This document shows positions 1-10,322 of a stretch of DNA of 64,000 nucleotides, piece by piece. The stretch's first letter is position 1. Every line of letters starts with the position of its first letter. A program made the translations under genes and the position numbers. The notes under the pieces are model-generated. The model was not told the DNA's origin. It made no database searches and saw only the letters and a list, made by a program, of their open reading frames with translations. Source of the DNA: Alkalispirochaeta sp. (GTDB lineage: Bacteria; Spirochaetota; Spirochaetia; DSM-27196; Alkalispirochaetaceae); assembly GCA_965242725.1 (NCBI GenBank), contig CBDESZ010000006.1, forward strand, positions 32,001 to 96,000, given 5' to 3'.

Positions 1-5
1 TGCCT

Positions 6-752
6 ATGGAAGCCGTCGACGATACGTGGGACAGAGAGGCGACCGACGAGTTGACGGACGAGTTCTGGAGCGCGACCATCGATCGTGCCAAAGACCAGCT
101 CGCACACGGCGCGCTATGGAAAGAGCTGCTGGAACGGCACTTTCGAGACGCCTTGCGTGAGACACCGCTGGCGGGAAAGTCCGGCGAAATCCTCGAGGCG
201 GTCTGGGAACGATACTACGAACTCGAGCCCGACCTTCCCGTCGCAGACACCGTTGGCGCCACCTTTACCACTCACCTCGCTCTGGCGACCTTGGCCGTGT
301 TCGAGGTCCTTAGCGCCCATGGTCTCGACAAAAAACGCGCCTACGAAATCATTTATGACGCGGGTTGGCGTCTCTACACGAAGATGGGCGAGCCGCCGCT
401 GCTGATCGCCGGCGCCTATACGCGAGACCCGGCCAAGCGCCTGCGTATCGCCACCGATCTCTTTCGCTCCTTTCCGTTCGGCGAGCCCGGATATTTGTGG
501 CAGGACGTCGAGGGGCCGTCACATGTCGTCGGCTTCGACTGTATGAGGTGTCCGGTCGCCGAGTTCTTCGCGCGTCACGACGAGTCGGAGTTGTGCGTGA
601 ACACGTGGTGTAATTTGGACTTTCCGCTGGCTGAAAAGTGGGGCGGCCGGCTTGAGCGGTCCGGCACCATTGCGTCGGGAGCCGAGCGGTGTGACTTTCG
701 GTGGCACGCCGATGTCGACGATCAGAGTGGCTTTGGCAAGAAGCAACGATGA
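6..752 (+). CDS. L-2-amino-thiazoline-4-carboxylic acid hydrolase-like (ATC_hydrolase family) protein; may start upstream of the window
   Basis: C-terminal Cys pattern FDCMRCP...ELC...CNLD...RSGTIASGAERCDFRW is typical of the family. Confidence 0.75.
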   Translation: MEAVDDTWDREATDELTDEFWSATIDRAKDQLAHGALWKELLERHFRDALRETPLAGKSGEILEAVWERYYELEPDLPVADTVGATFTTHLALATLAVFEVLSAHGLDKKRAYEIIYDAGWRLYTKMGEPPLLIAGAYTRDPAKRLRIATDLFRSFPFGEPGYLWQDVEGPSHVVGFDCMRCPVAEFFARHDESELCVNTWCNLDFPLAEKWGGRLERSGTIASGAERCDFRWHADVDDQSGFGKKQR

Positions 753-947
753 CACCGGAAGACGTCCCGTGCGGAGACTCCGATTGCGTTAAACGGGTTC
801 ACATGTTCCGGGGACGTTTCGGGACGCCGCGGATCGGTGTACGCCGCGAGAGCCTTCGAAATCTCCAGATATACAACGTGCTTAAAGTCGTTCTTAGTTC
901 CTGTTGTATTCCAATAATCATCGGAATATAGGAGGAGCGTGGATTCA

Positions 948-1268
948 TTAATTCGCGACCTTGATCTTCTCTCTGAGGAGTCTCTTACTCGGCCACCCCT
1001 TGCCGTTGTTTTCCTTGTACACCCGGCACGCCATCACGCCGTCTCCCCGGTAGTCTTCCAGATCCCGGCCGTTGACCCAGATTGTCGGAGACCCGGCGAA
1101 GCGAAGCTCTTTGGCCCGATCCAAATCCTCCACGGCAAGTAGCCGTACCGAGGCGTCTTTTTTTTCCTCTACAAGGACGTCGAGGATGTCGTTCCACGCC
1201 TGCCTGTACGACGGGCACCCGTCGAAGTAAAGCAGGTCGATCGTCAGTCCTGTTGCGTTTGTACTCAT
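948..1268 (-). CDS. Small thioredoxin-fold protein (DUF2703/DF-family-like), often found near mer operons
   Basis: YFDGCPS, FAGSPTIWVNGRD and ACRVY motifs; start overlaps the merR stop. Confidence 0.7.
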   Translation of the reverse strand: MSTNATGLTIDLLYFDGCPSYRQAWNDILDVLVEEKKDASVRLLAVEDLDRAKELRFAGSPTIWVNGRDLEDYRGDGVMACRVYKENNGKGWPSKRLLREKIKVAN

Positions 1269-1705
1269 GATTCAGTCTCCTTTCTTGTCTTGTCGGTATC
1301 CGTGCGTTCCAGCGAATCAAGGATCGGACACGGGTCGGTGGCGGCTCGGCTGCGGCAGCTGTCGATGAGTGCCGTCAACACATCTTCTATCCTGTGGAGG
1401 GCGGCGATCCGTTCCTGAACATTCTCTAACTTCCGCCGGGCGTGAGCTCGGACTTCGTCGCACGCAATCGCCGACGGCGTGTCTACCCTAAGGGCGAGGA
1501 GCTCGGCGATCTCCTTCAACGAGAAGCCGAGGCGCTTGGCGTGGGCGATGAAGAGCAATCGCTGCACGGTTTCGGGCGGAAACTGCCGATACCCGGATTC
1601 GCTCCGTTCAGGTGCGGGAACGAGCCTCTCCCGCTCGTAGTAGCGGACCGTCTCAACGCCGACTCCGGCCCGTCGTGCTACCTCTCCGATGGTGAGTGTG
1701 GCCAT
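1265..1705 (-). CDS. MerR-family metal-responsive regulator
   Basis: TIGEVARRAGVGVETVRYYER HTH; three Cys (ACDEV, SC-x8-CPIL) placed as in Hg/Cd/Zn-sensing MerR proteins. Confidence 0.92.
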   Translation of the reverse strand: MATLTIGEVARRAGVGVETVRYYERERLVPAPERSESGYRQFPPETVQRLLFIAHAKRLGFSLKEIAELLALRVDTPSAIACDEVRAHARRKLENVQERIAALHRIEDVLTALIDSCRSRAATDPCPILDSLERTDTDKTRKETES

Positions 1706-1722
1706 GGTGCTGCCTCCACGCT

Positions 1723-3081
1723 CTACAACATATACGTGATGTCCGACGTTGCGGCCGGATGCACGTAGATGCCGGTCTTCAGCTCCAGCACGGAAATCTC
1801 GTTCCGAATTGCCGTGGCAAAGATGTTGATCGTCTCGCCGGCATGGCCTGCGAGAATGTGCGCCCCTAGAATCGTTCCGCTTGTTTTGTCGATGATCACC
1901 TTGTAGGCCCCGTATGACTCGTTTGTCCTGCGAAGGGTGTACCAGTCGCTCATATCGCCCGATTTAACCTCGACATCGTAGCCCGCGTCCCGTGCTTCTT
2001 CTTCCAATAAACCTGCCCGTGCCAGGGAGGGAATGGTGAAGGCTACGCTGGGGGTTCCCCGGTAATTGGGCTGTTTTCGATTGTCCTTGAGGATATTGCC
2101 CACGGCAACCATCCCCTCGTGCACCGCCACGGGGGTGAGCTTTGGCCCGGCGGTGTTCGCGGCGTCGCCCGCAGCGTAGACGGCCGGGTTGGAAACACTC
2201 TGAAGGAACTCGTTCACCTCGATACCCCGGGTCGGATCGAAGGAGACTTCCCCCACCTCCAGGTCCAGATCGTCCAGCTCCGGCACACGACCGGCCCCGT
2301 GGACGACAAGGCCCGTCTCGATCTCCGCACCGTCGGTCGTGGAAACGGTGTACGGCGATTCGCCGTCACCACGCCGGTTTACCGCCCCAACCTCCGTGTT
2401 GAGCCGGATATCGACACCCAGTTCGCGGGAGACCTCGGTCAGACGGTCCGCCAGGTCCGGATCAAAACCCTTGAGGATATGAGCGCCTCTCTGGAGGACG
2501 GTAACCTCCGCTCCGGCTCGGGCGGCTATGTGGGCGAACTCCATGGAGACAAAACCACCGCCGACAAAGACAATCCGTTTCGGAAGCTCGGGGAGGTCGA
2601 GGAAGTCGGTGCTGGTGATCACGTGTTCGGCACCCGGGAAACCGAGCGTCCGGGGTCGTTGTCCGACGGCGATGACGATATGCTCCGCGTCTACTTGCCG
2701 GTCGTTCACCATTACTGTGTGGCGACCGATGAACCGCGCAGCGCCATGCAGCGTCTCAACACCCAACTTGGACATCGACTGTTCCAGGGACCCGGGGGTG
2801 TCCTCGATTATCGACGCTTTATGTTTCATGAGGGCGGGCCAGTCAACGGTGAGCTCTCCCTCCACACCCGAGCCGGACATGCGGCGACTCGAATCGATCA
2901 ATTCGGCTGCTCCGACAAGCACCTTCTTGGGGTCACACCCACGCAACGCGCACGTCCCGCCATAGGGCCTCGAATCCGCCACGGCAACCCGCTTGCCCGA
3001 CCGCGCCGCCTTGTGCGCCACCGAGACGCCGGCCATGCCGACACCGATTACCAACACATCGTAGCTATTGTTCGATTCCAT
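1723..3081 (-). CDS. Class I pyridine nucleotide-disulfide oxidoreductase (glutathione reductase-like, not MerA)
   Basis: GxGxxG motif, GGTCALRGCDPKK redox disulfide, HP near the C-terminus; no C-terminal Cys-Cys pair. Confidence 0.9.
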   Translation of the reverse strand: MESNNSYDVLVIGVGMAGVSVAHKAARSGKRVAVADSRPYGGTCALRGCDPKKVLVGAAELIDSSRRMSGSGVEGELTVDWPALMKHKASIIEDTPGSLEQSMSKLGVETLHGAARFIGRHTVMVNDRQVDAEHIVIAVGQRPRTLGFPGAEHVITSTDFLDLPELPKRIVFVGGGFVSMEFAHIAARAGAEVTVLQRGAHILKGFDPDLADRLTEVSRELGVDIRLNTEVGAVNRRGDGESPYTVSTTDGAEIETGLVVHGAGRVPELDDLDLEVGEVSFDPTRGIEVNEFLQSVSNPAVYAAGDAANTAGPKLTPVAVHEGMVAVGNILKDNRKQPNYRGTPSVAFTIPSLARAGLLEEEARDAGYDVEVKSGDMSDWYTLRRTNESYGAYKVIIDKTSGTILGAHILAGHAGETINIFATAIRNEISVLELKTGIYVHPAATSDITYML

Positions 3082-3268
3082 TCCAGTCCTCCGTTATTGT
3101 TGCCAATTCATGCCGCGTGAAGAAGCGGACCGCGGTGATGACCGTACCGATGATGCCAACCTTCAGTAGTCGGTTTGTTCGCGGAGCGCAGGCGGTTTGG
3201 CATGATTCGTCCGCAGTTGCTACGCCCTTACCGAGGCTCTCGGGTCTCAGTCGGTTGATCCACTTCAT
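3065..3268 (-). pseudogene. merF: Truncated merF-like mercury transporter relic
   Basis: LLKVGIIGTVITAVRFFTR resembles MerF helix 1 (LLRVSIIGTTLVALCCFTP); the CC pair is mutated and the second helix is missing. Confidence 0.6.
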
Positions 3269-3274
3269 CTCCAA

Positions 3275-3306
3275 AGTTTAAACCCTGCACCCCACTACAG
3301 GGTCAA
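3275..3306 (-). promoter_or_regulatory. MerR-type elongated promoter/operator
   Basis: Minus strand TTGACC-20nt-TAAACT with dyad ACCCTGTA..TGCAGGGT across the spacer. Confidence 0.8.
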
Positions 3307-3425
3307 GGGACACCTGCGAAGGTTTAGAGCTTTCACGTCTCCTGTCATATGGGAGGCGGAGACGGCACACTTCAGTCACTTGACGGTAATAATTGTACTA
3401 ACGATCTTGAAACTATAGGAGTAGC

Positions 3426-3989
3426 ATGATGAAGAAACGGTACACACACTACGCATACGCCATCGCCTTGGCTGTCGCGGCGGCGGTTCTGTTGGCCGGC
3501 TGCGGGGCCGGGCAGGAAGAGGGAAGCGCCGAAACTCCGGCCTCATCGGCGGACGCCGCCCAAGCGGACGTGGTAACCACGGCGTCCATCGTCGATACCC
3601 CGGACGGATTCCTCGACGCCGCCGGACCGGACGGTACGTGGATCATCGCGACCCTCAACGATCTGACTATCGATCAAGAAGTTGTCGTAGCAGGTGATTT
3701 TACTCGGAACGATGAGCTGTATCGGAAACTTGCCCTCTACGCCCAGGACGAAAACCGAACCGTTACCGATCGTTACACGGTGAGCGCTCCGGGATTGGTG
3801 GTGCGCAGTCCCAACACTCGGATTCAGGGCGGAACGTTTCGCGGCAACTTGTACGTGGAGGCCGAGAAGTTTCATCTTGTGGATGCAACCGTGGATGGAG
3901 ATGTGACCTTTGCAAATGCCGCACTTCAGGAGTCCTTTTCCCTGGACGATACGTCAGAGGTTACCGGCTCCGTCGGAGTAGATGAATGA
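3426..3989 (+). CDS. Lipoprotein of unknown function
   Basis: AGGAG RBS, signal peptide with LAGC lipobox, beta-rich C-terminus. Confidence 0.75.
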   Translation: MMKKRYTHYAYAIALAVAAAVLLAGCGAGQEEGSAETPASSADAAQADVVTTASIVDTPDGFLDAAGPDGTWIIATLNDLTIDQEVVVAGDFTRNDELYRKLALYAQDENRTVTDRYTVSAPGLVVRSPNTRIQGGTFRGNLYVEAEKFHLVDATVDGDVTFANAALQESFSLDDTSEVTGSVGVDE

Positions 3990-4094
3990 CAGCGAGGCCA
4001 CACTAAACGATAAGGGCGAGGAGTTTTAGGACTGCTACCTCATCGAAGACACGGCAGCGGGTGGCGTGGCGACTCTCGAAGCCATGATTGGAAC

Positions 4095-4162
4095 TTGCTC
4101 AATACTGAACATGACGGTATAGTACTAAATGTACAGGTAGTACGAGTTGGTTAAGTCGTACA
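4095..4162 (+). promoter_or_regulatory. Toxin-antitoxin operon promoter with GTAC-core palindromes
   Basis: TTGCTC-17-TATAGT; AGTACT, TGTACA, AGTACG and CGTACA at 4121, 4130, 4139 and 4157 resemble YefM-type operator cores. Confidence 0.55.
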
Positions 4163-4180
4163 TATCAAAAGGGGGAAGAT

Positions 4181-4441
4181 ATGCTCTATCTATCGGTTTC
4201 AGAGACCCGAATTCCTCCGAAGGTCTTCAACACCGTTGTCTATAAAGGTGATTGGGCAAAAATCAGCAAGCGCGGTGGAGAAGCGGTATATCTCGTCTCG
4301 GAAGACGATATACGGCTCCTCGAAGAAATTGAGGATAGGCGACTTGCGGAGCTAGGTGAAGAGGCTCTCGAGAAGCATCGGAGCGCGGGCGGGGAGACCG
4401 TTTCTTGGGAAGCGCTCAAAGGCGAGGCAGTAACGCCGTAG
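4181..4441 (+). CDS. Type II antitoxin (Phd/YefM-like)
   Basis: 86 aa; ISKRGGEAVYLVSEDD..LLEEIED and terminal VSWEALK; directly upstream of a RelE-like gene. Confidence 0.75.
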   Translation: MLYLSVSETRIPPKVFNTVVYKGDWAKISKRGGEAVYLVSEDDIRLLEEIEDRRLAELGEEALEKHRSAGGETVSWEALKGEAVTP

Positions 4442-4705
4442 ATGTACTCCGTCGAGTTCACAAAAGAAGCCGCGAAGCATTTTCTCCTACTCTCCGGCAA
4501 GATACGGCGCCAAGTTTCAGACAAGATAACTCTCTTGGAATCGGATCCATTCCCGAGCGGTTCGAAGCAGCTACAGGCGAAGGAACGTCTGTTCCGACTT
4601 AGATCGGGAGCCTATCGAATCATCTATCAGGTAGATGGGAGACGGTTGCTTATCCTGGTTCTCAAGATCGGAAACCGAAAGGAGATCTACCGAAAGAAGG
4701 AGTAG
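4442..4705 (+). CDS. relE: RelE/ParE-family toxin
   Basis: MYSVEFT...FRLRSGAYRIIYQV...VLKIGNRKEIY. Confidence 0.88.
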   Translation: MYSVEFTKEAAKHFLLLSGKIRRQVSDKITLLESDPFPSGSKQLQAKERLFRLRSGAYRIIYQVDGRRLLILVLKIGNRKEIYRKKE

Positions 4706-4778
4706 CGCCGGCGCGAGCGGCGGTCGGACGCAAGCGTAGATGCGGACGCAGACGCGGCTCCTTGGTACAATTAGCCCG

Positions 4779-6467
4779 ATGAAGCAGTTCCGCCTCTCCA
4801 ACTTTGAAGCCCGTTTTGACCGCGTGATTCTGGATCGTGGCCGCCAGTATCTAATGGATCGGCGCGTTACCAATATCCAGGAGGGGTCCCCCGGTGAGTT
4901 TACCGCTGCGGTAGAAGGAAGCGAGCGGTACCTCGTTAGAGTTTTCCTGGCAACAGGCTCGATGGAACCGGCGGATCAGCTTGTGACCGACATCTCCTGC
5001 AGCTGTCCTTACGATGCCGGACCGTACTGCAAACATGAGGCCGCCCTCCTTTTCGTCCTGCGTGAGCGCCTGCCGGTAACTCCAAATGAGACAGATAGAG
5101 CCTCGCGGCTGGCGGCCATATTCGCCAGGCTCACCCGGAAGGAGCTGGAAGAGATCATCCTCTCCCATGCGGGGAGTGATCAGATCTTCGCACTTGGGCT
5201 TCTTACCGAGTATGACGCGGATCTCCGCTTATCTATCCGGAGTGAGCTCAAGCGATTCACCGACCGCTGGGGGCTGATAGAATACCGCGACGCCTTTACC
5301 GCCGCGGGGGTCTTTGACCGTCTCTTTGACCAAATCGACTCCCACCTGACCCGGAGGGCGTTCCGCCCGGCGTTTGACGTTACCACCGCCATCATCGAGG
5401 AAGCGGCGACGGCAATAACCTATACCGACGACAGTGCCGGGGTAATGGGTGGGGTCGTTCGCCGCGGTATAGAAGCGTTGCGGTCCATCGTGGAAGCGGA
5501 AATCGACGATGACCTTCGACATGACATCGTCAACTATGTGGAGAGGACCGTTGATTCCGACCAGTTTCCCGATGTGGCCGACTGGGGACTCGAGCTTTGG
5601 CGTCTATCGACGGCGGCCGTCCGATCGGAAGAGGAGTATCAACACTTTCTGAATGCGCTACAGGAGGCGCTGCCCCCTGAAAAGCCGGAGTCCGGTTTCG
5701 CCCGGGATTATATGCGTGAAGAGCTTCTGGTGCTGATGACCCAGCTGATGGAGCGCTTCGGCGACCAAGAGCAGGCCGAATCGATACGCCAGGAGAACCG
5801 ATACCTTGCCGAATTCCGGGAGGCTCTTCTTTCTCGCGCCTGGAGAGAGGAGGACTTCGCAACGGTAATACGATTGGCGGAGGAGGGGATTGCCCGGGAC
5901 ACCCACCTTCCCGGGCTGCTAAAGCAGTGGCGCGTCTGGGCGCTCGAGGCGTACCGGACCGCCAACCGAATCGAAGAGGCGCAGCGAACCGCCCGTGACC
6001 TGGTTCTGGACGGCGACGCTGAGTTCCTTACATCCTACCGTGACCTGGTGCCGTCAGAGGGTTGGCCGGCGGCGAGGGAGGCGCTGATCGAAGAGATCGA
6101 AACGACCCGGGGGTATATACCGCGCGTTCTACCGGAACTACTGGTGCTGGAAGAACTCTGGCTGCGGTTGATGGAGCTCCTTGAGCAAAACCCCTATCTC
6201 GTCACCGAGTACGGGGATCGCCTCTATCCCCGCTTTCCCGGTCGAGTTCGGACCGTCTGGTCCTCCCATATCATGCGGCAAGCACGTTCAACCGGTGATC
6301 GTCGCGGTTACCGGCGTATTGCGGAGTCTATTCAGCACTACGCCGGCGTCGTAGGTGACCTCGCGGCGACGGAGGTCCGCGACGCGATCCTGCTGGAGTT
6401 TCCCCGCCGGCCGGCGATGCGGGATGAGCTACTGAAAGCCGCTACTCCCAGGCGTCCGGACCAGTAG
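4779..6467 (+). CDS. SWIM zinc-finger protein with helical-repeat C-terminus
   Basis: RGRQY, AVEGSERYLV and CSCPYDAGPYCKH SWIM motif; C-terminal PRRPAMRDEL. Confidence 0.85.
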   Translation: MKQFRLSNFEARFDRVILDRGRQYLMDRRVTNIQEGSPGEFTAAVEGSERYLVRVFLATGSMEPADQLVTDISCSCPYDAGPYCKHEAALLFVLRERLPVTPNETDRASRLAAIFARLTRKELEEIILSHAGSDQIFALGLLTEYDADLRLSIRSELKRFTDRWGLIEYRDAFTAAGVFDRLFDQIDSHLTRRAFRPAFDVTTAIIEEAATAITYTDDSAGVMGGVVRRGIEALRSIVEAEIDDDLRHDIVNYVERTVDSDQFPDVADWGLELWRLSTAAVRSEEEYQHFLNALQEALPPEKPESGFARDYMREELLVLMTQLMERFGDQEQAESIRQENRYLAEFREALLSRAWREEDFATVIRLAEEGIARDTHLPGLLKQWRVWALEAYRTANRIEEAQRTARDLVLDGDAEFLTSYRDLVPSEGWPAAREALIEEIETTRGYIPRVLPELLVLEELWLRLMELLEQNPYLVTEYGDRLYPRFPGRVRTVWSSHIMRQARSTGDRRGYRRIAESIQHYAGVVGDLAATEVRDAILLEFPRRPAMRDELLKAATPRRPDQ

Positions 6468-6490
6468 TACGGCTTCAATTTTCTTCCTCG

Positions 6491-7551
6491 TTACGGTTCC
6501 TCACCAAGCAACCATTCCCGGAGATTCTCATGCCGTATTCCGCCACGGGCGACCCGTTGATACTCGTCGAGGCTGAGGACAACCTTCGGATGGTTGTCGG
6601 GAATGCGCTCGAGGGCAGAGAACTCGCGCTCCTGCGTTTCGGCGCTTTCAACCGTCAAACAGACCTGGATATACATTCGCTGTTCCTGCCGTTCGGCAAT
6701 GAAATCGATCTCGCGGTCGTCAAGTTTGCCGATAGAAACGCGATAGCCGCGATGGAGAAGCTCCAGGAATACAGTGTTCTCAATGACGCCGCAGACATCG
6801 CTGTCCCGATATCCGGGGAACCCGTGACGAAGCCCGATGTCACCGGCGTAGTACTTTTCGTAGAGTTCCAGGTGGCGCAGATCTTTGATGTCATAGCGCA
6901 ACACCCGACGAATGAGAAACGCCTGTTCCAGGCAGGCAAGGTAGTGCAAGACCTTGTCAACACTCGCGGTGATTCTCTGATTCTTTAGGAAGTCGGCGAT
7001 CCTCTTGGCGGTGGTGATATTCCCGGGAGCCCACCGTAGCGCAGATAGCGGCGAAACTCTTCAGGGCTGTCACCGATTCCAGCCCCGCGAAATGCGAGAA
7101 ACTCCCCGTATGTCAGGGGTAGTATTGCAAACTCAACGTAACGGCCGGAGATAAGCGTTGCGAGCTCCGAGGAGAGCAGCTCGGCGTTGGATCCGGTAAT
7201 GGTGATATCTGCGCGGCCGTCCGCAAGCAGAGAGTTCACCGCCCGTTCCCAGTTAGAGATTTCCTGAACTTCGTCAATAAAGAGATACGGCTTTGCAGGG
7301 CTATCCTCTATCCGGCCCAGCACGTACTGGTAGAGCTCCTTCGCATCGCGAATGAAATCCGAGTCCATCGACTCCTTGTTGATGCAAATAATTCGGGAAT
7401 CCGGGACGCCTTGATCCCGCAGGTGCCCTGCGAGCAGGCGAACCAGGCTACTCTTCCCGACGCGACGCATGCCGGTAAGGACTTTGATCAGCGGCTTGTC
7501 AACGAATGGTACAATTCGGTCGAGATATGCCGGTCTACGGATATCAGACAC
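6491..7551 (-). pseudogene. AAA_14/DUF4143 ATP-binding protein, split into two frames
   Basis: Walker A GMRRVGKS and Walker B FIDEVQ in 6985-7551; C-terminal EIDFIA..YIQV in another frame; the middle appears shortened. Confidence 0.8.
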
Positions 7552-7932
7552 GGGGTGCTCCTTAAAAGTTTCGAATACGTACCAAACTTTTACAGAATCG
7601 CCTACAAGATTCGTCTATAAAAGATAGTTTATCTGAACAGGGTAAGATGTGCCGTTCTTCAAAACGCCCGACATCGATTTCTTGCCCGGGGTGTCGCCAA
7701 GAGCGCGACGTACGTTTGATGTGCTCGCCGTCGTTTCTGGTGGATGCGACGGGCGTGGCATCGCAAATCCGACCGATGTTCGAGGCTCGGCGTAGACCGG
7801 TTCCGCTCTGTGCCCGGCAGTGGACGCTGTACGAACTACCGGGAGACCGGCTGGGTTTCCTTACCGTCGGTCTTTCACTGTTTGTGATAGCCGCCCGACG
7901 GTCTGACCTATCTAAAAGAGTGCGGTTCGTCC

Positions 7933-7964
7933 TTGACCTTCAACCCGGCTTCAAGCTGTACCCT
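7933..7964 (+). promoter_or_regulatory. MerR-type elongated promoter of the P1B ATPase
   Basis: TTGACC-20nt-TACCCT with an imperfect CTTCAA..TTCAAG dyad; ATG lies 6 nt after the -10. Confidence 0.6.
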
Positions 7965-7970
7965 CCGCGT

Positions 7971-10322
7971 ATGAACCGTACCAAACCACTTGAAAAAACC
8001 CAGTACGACCTGCGGATACTGTTGCCGGACGTGCCTGACGAACGGGACGCCTGTGTTGGTCGCCTCACGAGGGAGCTCGAGTTCCATACGGGCATAGAGC
8101 AGGCCCACCTCGTTACCGCGGATACCTCCGCTGAGCTCTACATTCACTACGATCCGGATATCATTGCCCTGCCGGCTGTGGAGCGAATTGTCAAACGCGC
8201 CGGCGGAGAGCTCACCAAGCGGTACCGGCATGTCCGCTGGCCGGTCTCCGGGCTCGACTGCTCGGACTGCGCCTTCAGCCTCGAGCACATCTTGAAACGA
8301 GAAACCGGCGTGGAGGCGGTCTCTGTCAATCCGGCGTCCGAAAAGATCGCGATCGAGTACGATACCGAGGCGACCGACGAAAAGCATCTGCGAAAACGAA
8401 TCTCGCAGATCGGCTACAGTGTGGAGACGGAGGCCGAGCCGACCTGGCTTAAGGAACACTGGGAGCTCCTCCTGGCGATTCTCTCCGGAGTCTTTCTCGC
8501 CACGGGCTTCTTCGGGGAACTCTTGATAGATATGCCCGGTGCGGTGGCTCTTAGCCTCTATGGCGCCGCCTATCTCGCCGGAGGTTTCAATACCGCGCGC
8601 CACGGCATAGCCGCGGCCCTCAAGCTCCGATTCGACATAGACTTCCTCATGGTTGTCGCCGCCATGGGAGCGGCCACCCTTGGGGAGTTTGCGGAGGGCG
8701 CCCTGCTTCTCTTTCTGTTCAGTCTCGGGCACGCGCTGGAACACCTCGCGATGGATCGTGCCAGGCGGCAGATATCCTCCCTCGGGGAGCTTGCACCAAA
8801 GACGGCGAGGGTCGTGGTGGAGGAGGCGGAACGGGATATCCCGGCAGACGAGCTCGAAAAAGGAATGATCGTCGTCGTCAGGGCCGGCGAGCGCCTGCCC
8901 GTCGACGGAGAGATCGAGGAGGGAAGTACCTCGATTGACCAATCGTCGGTGACGGGCGAAAGCGTACCCGTGGAAAAGGGCCCCGGGGAGTCGGTCTTCG
9001 CCGGCACCGTGAACGGCAATAAAACGATTCGCGTTCGGGTAACCAAGCTTGCGAAAGACTCCACCCTTTCTCGAGTGATCGAGATGGTTGAGGAAGCGGA
9101 GTCCCAGCAATCACCTTCACAACGATTCGCGGAACGGTTTACGCGGGTTTTCGTTCCTGCCGTCCTGGCGATCGTCCTACTCACCATAGCGGTGCCGCCG
9201 CTGCTCGGGTGGTTGTCCTTTTCAGACGCCTTCCTCCGGGCGATGACAATTCTCGTTGCCGCATCCCCATGCGCTCTGGCAATCGCAACGCCGGCGGCAA
9301 TCCTATCCGGGGTGGCGCGGGCCGCACGGTCAGGGATCCTGCTGAAAGGAGGAATGCACCTCGAAAACCTGGGAACCCTTTCGGCTGTGGCCTTCGACAA
9401 GACAGGCACCATCACCGCCGGGGAGTTCGAGGTAACCGATCTATCGGCGTACGCCGAGACCGACGAGGAAGAGCTCCTCTCTACGGCAGCCGCCGTCGAG
9501 GCGGGAAGTAACCACCCCCTTGCCGCGGCGGTTCAACGTTTTGTGGAGACGCGAGGGACCACCGTCGGGAAGGCGGAGGGGGTCGAAGCGGTCGGCGGAA
9601 AAGGAGTTACCGGGAGCGTTGACGGAAAACAGGTTCGAGTCGGAAACCGTAAGCTCTTTGAGGAAGGCTCTATTCCCCGGGCGATCGAGGAGTCGGTCCA
9701 GGCGTACCAGTCGGAAGGCAAAACCTGCATGATCGTCCAGAGGGAGGACGCGTTCCTCGGCGTACTTGCACTTCAGGATCGGCCACGAAAAGGGGCGGAG
9801 AGGGTAGTAGAGCAACTGAGGAAACTTGGAATCAGCCGGACTATCCTTATTACCGGGGACAACCGCGATGTGGCGAAGTCTATCTCCGAAGAGGTCGGGA
9901 TTGACGAGTATCGCGCTGAACTCATGCCCGAGGATAAGGTGACAGTCATTAAAGAGCTAGAAAAGGAGTACGGCTCGGTTGCGATGGTTGGGGACGGTGT
10001 CAACGACGCCCCTGCCTTGGCAACGGCAACGGTGGGCATCGCGATGGGCGCCGGAGGAACGGATGTAGCGCTTGAAACCGCGGACGTTGCTCTCATGGCG
10101 GACGATATCGGGAAGATGCGTTTCGCCGTTGAATTGAGCCGGCGGGCCCGGAGAACTATCGTCCAAAACCTCGCTATCTCCCTTGGGGTAATGGCCGTCT
10201 TAGTCGCCACGGCGATAACGGGGGTAGCCACGATCGGCATTGCAATCGTCGCGCACGAAGGCAGTACGCTTCTTGTGGTGGCAAACGCCCTTCGGCTCCT
10301 CGGCGTCCGCGAAAGTCGATGA
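7971..10322 (+). CDS. Heavy-metal P1B-type ATPase (SPC/HEGST, P1B-4-like; Zn/Cd/Co) with HMA domain
   Basis: GLDCSDC, TGES, SPC, DKTGT, HP, GDGVND and HEGST motifs; start placed at ATG 7971 rather than 7647. Confidence 0.93.
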   Translation: MNRTKPLEKTQYDLRILLPDVPDERDACVGRLTRELEFHTGIEQAHLVTADTSAELYIHYDPDIIALPAVERIVKRAGGELTKRYRHVRWPVSGLDCSDCAFSLEHILKRETGVEAVSVNPASEKIAIEYDTEATDEKHLRKRISQIGYSVETEAEPTWLKEHWELLLAILSGVFLATGFFGELLIDMPGAVALSLYGAAYLAGGFNTARHGIAAALKLRFDIDFLMVVAAMGAATLGEFAEGALLLFLFSLGHALEHLAMDRARRQISSLGELAPKTARVVVEEAERDIPADELEKGMIVVVRAGERLPVDGEIEEGSTSIDQSSVTGESVPVEKGPGESVFAGTVNGNKTIRVRVTKLAKDSTLSRVIEMVEEAESQQSPSQRFAERFTRVFVPAVLAIVLLTIAVPPLLGWLSFSDAFLRAMTILVAASPCALAIATPAAILSGVARAARSGILLKGGMHLENLGTLSAVAFDKTGTITAGEFEVTDLSAYAETDEEELLSTAAAVEAGSNHPLAAAVQRFVETRGTTVGKAEGVEAVGGKGVTGSVDGKQVRVGNRKLFEEGSIPRAIEESVQAYQSEGKTCMIVQREDAFLGVLALQDRPRKGAERVVEQLRKLGISRTILITGDNRDVAKSISEEVGIDEYRAELMPEDKVTVIKELEKEYGSVAMVGDGVNDAPALATATVGIAMGAGGTDVALETADVALMADDIGKMRFAVELSRRARRTIVQNLAISLGVMAVLVATAITGVATIGIAIVAHEGSTLLVVANALRLLGVRESR

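Noticed and set aside
1723..3081. Mercuric reductase merA
   Set aside because: No C-terminal Cys-Cys pair or NmerA domain; the active site reads CALRGCDP
7647..7970. 108-aa N-terminal extension of the ATPase in the ORF track
   Set aside because: It runs through a MerR-type promoter and has no recognisable domain; ATG 7971 fits better
7908..9110. Long antisense ORFs (also 2119-3120, 17889-19121, 33069-34187, 46296-47390, 56108-57145)
   Set aside because: Shadow frames of well-supported genes in GC-rich DNA, with no motifs
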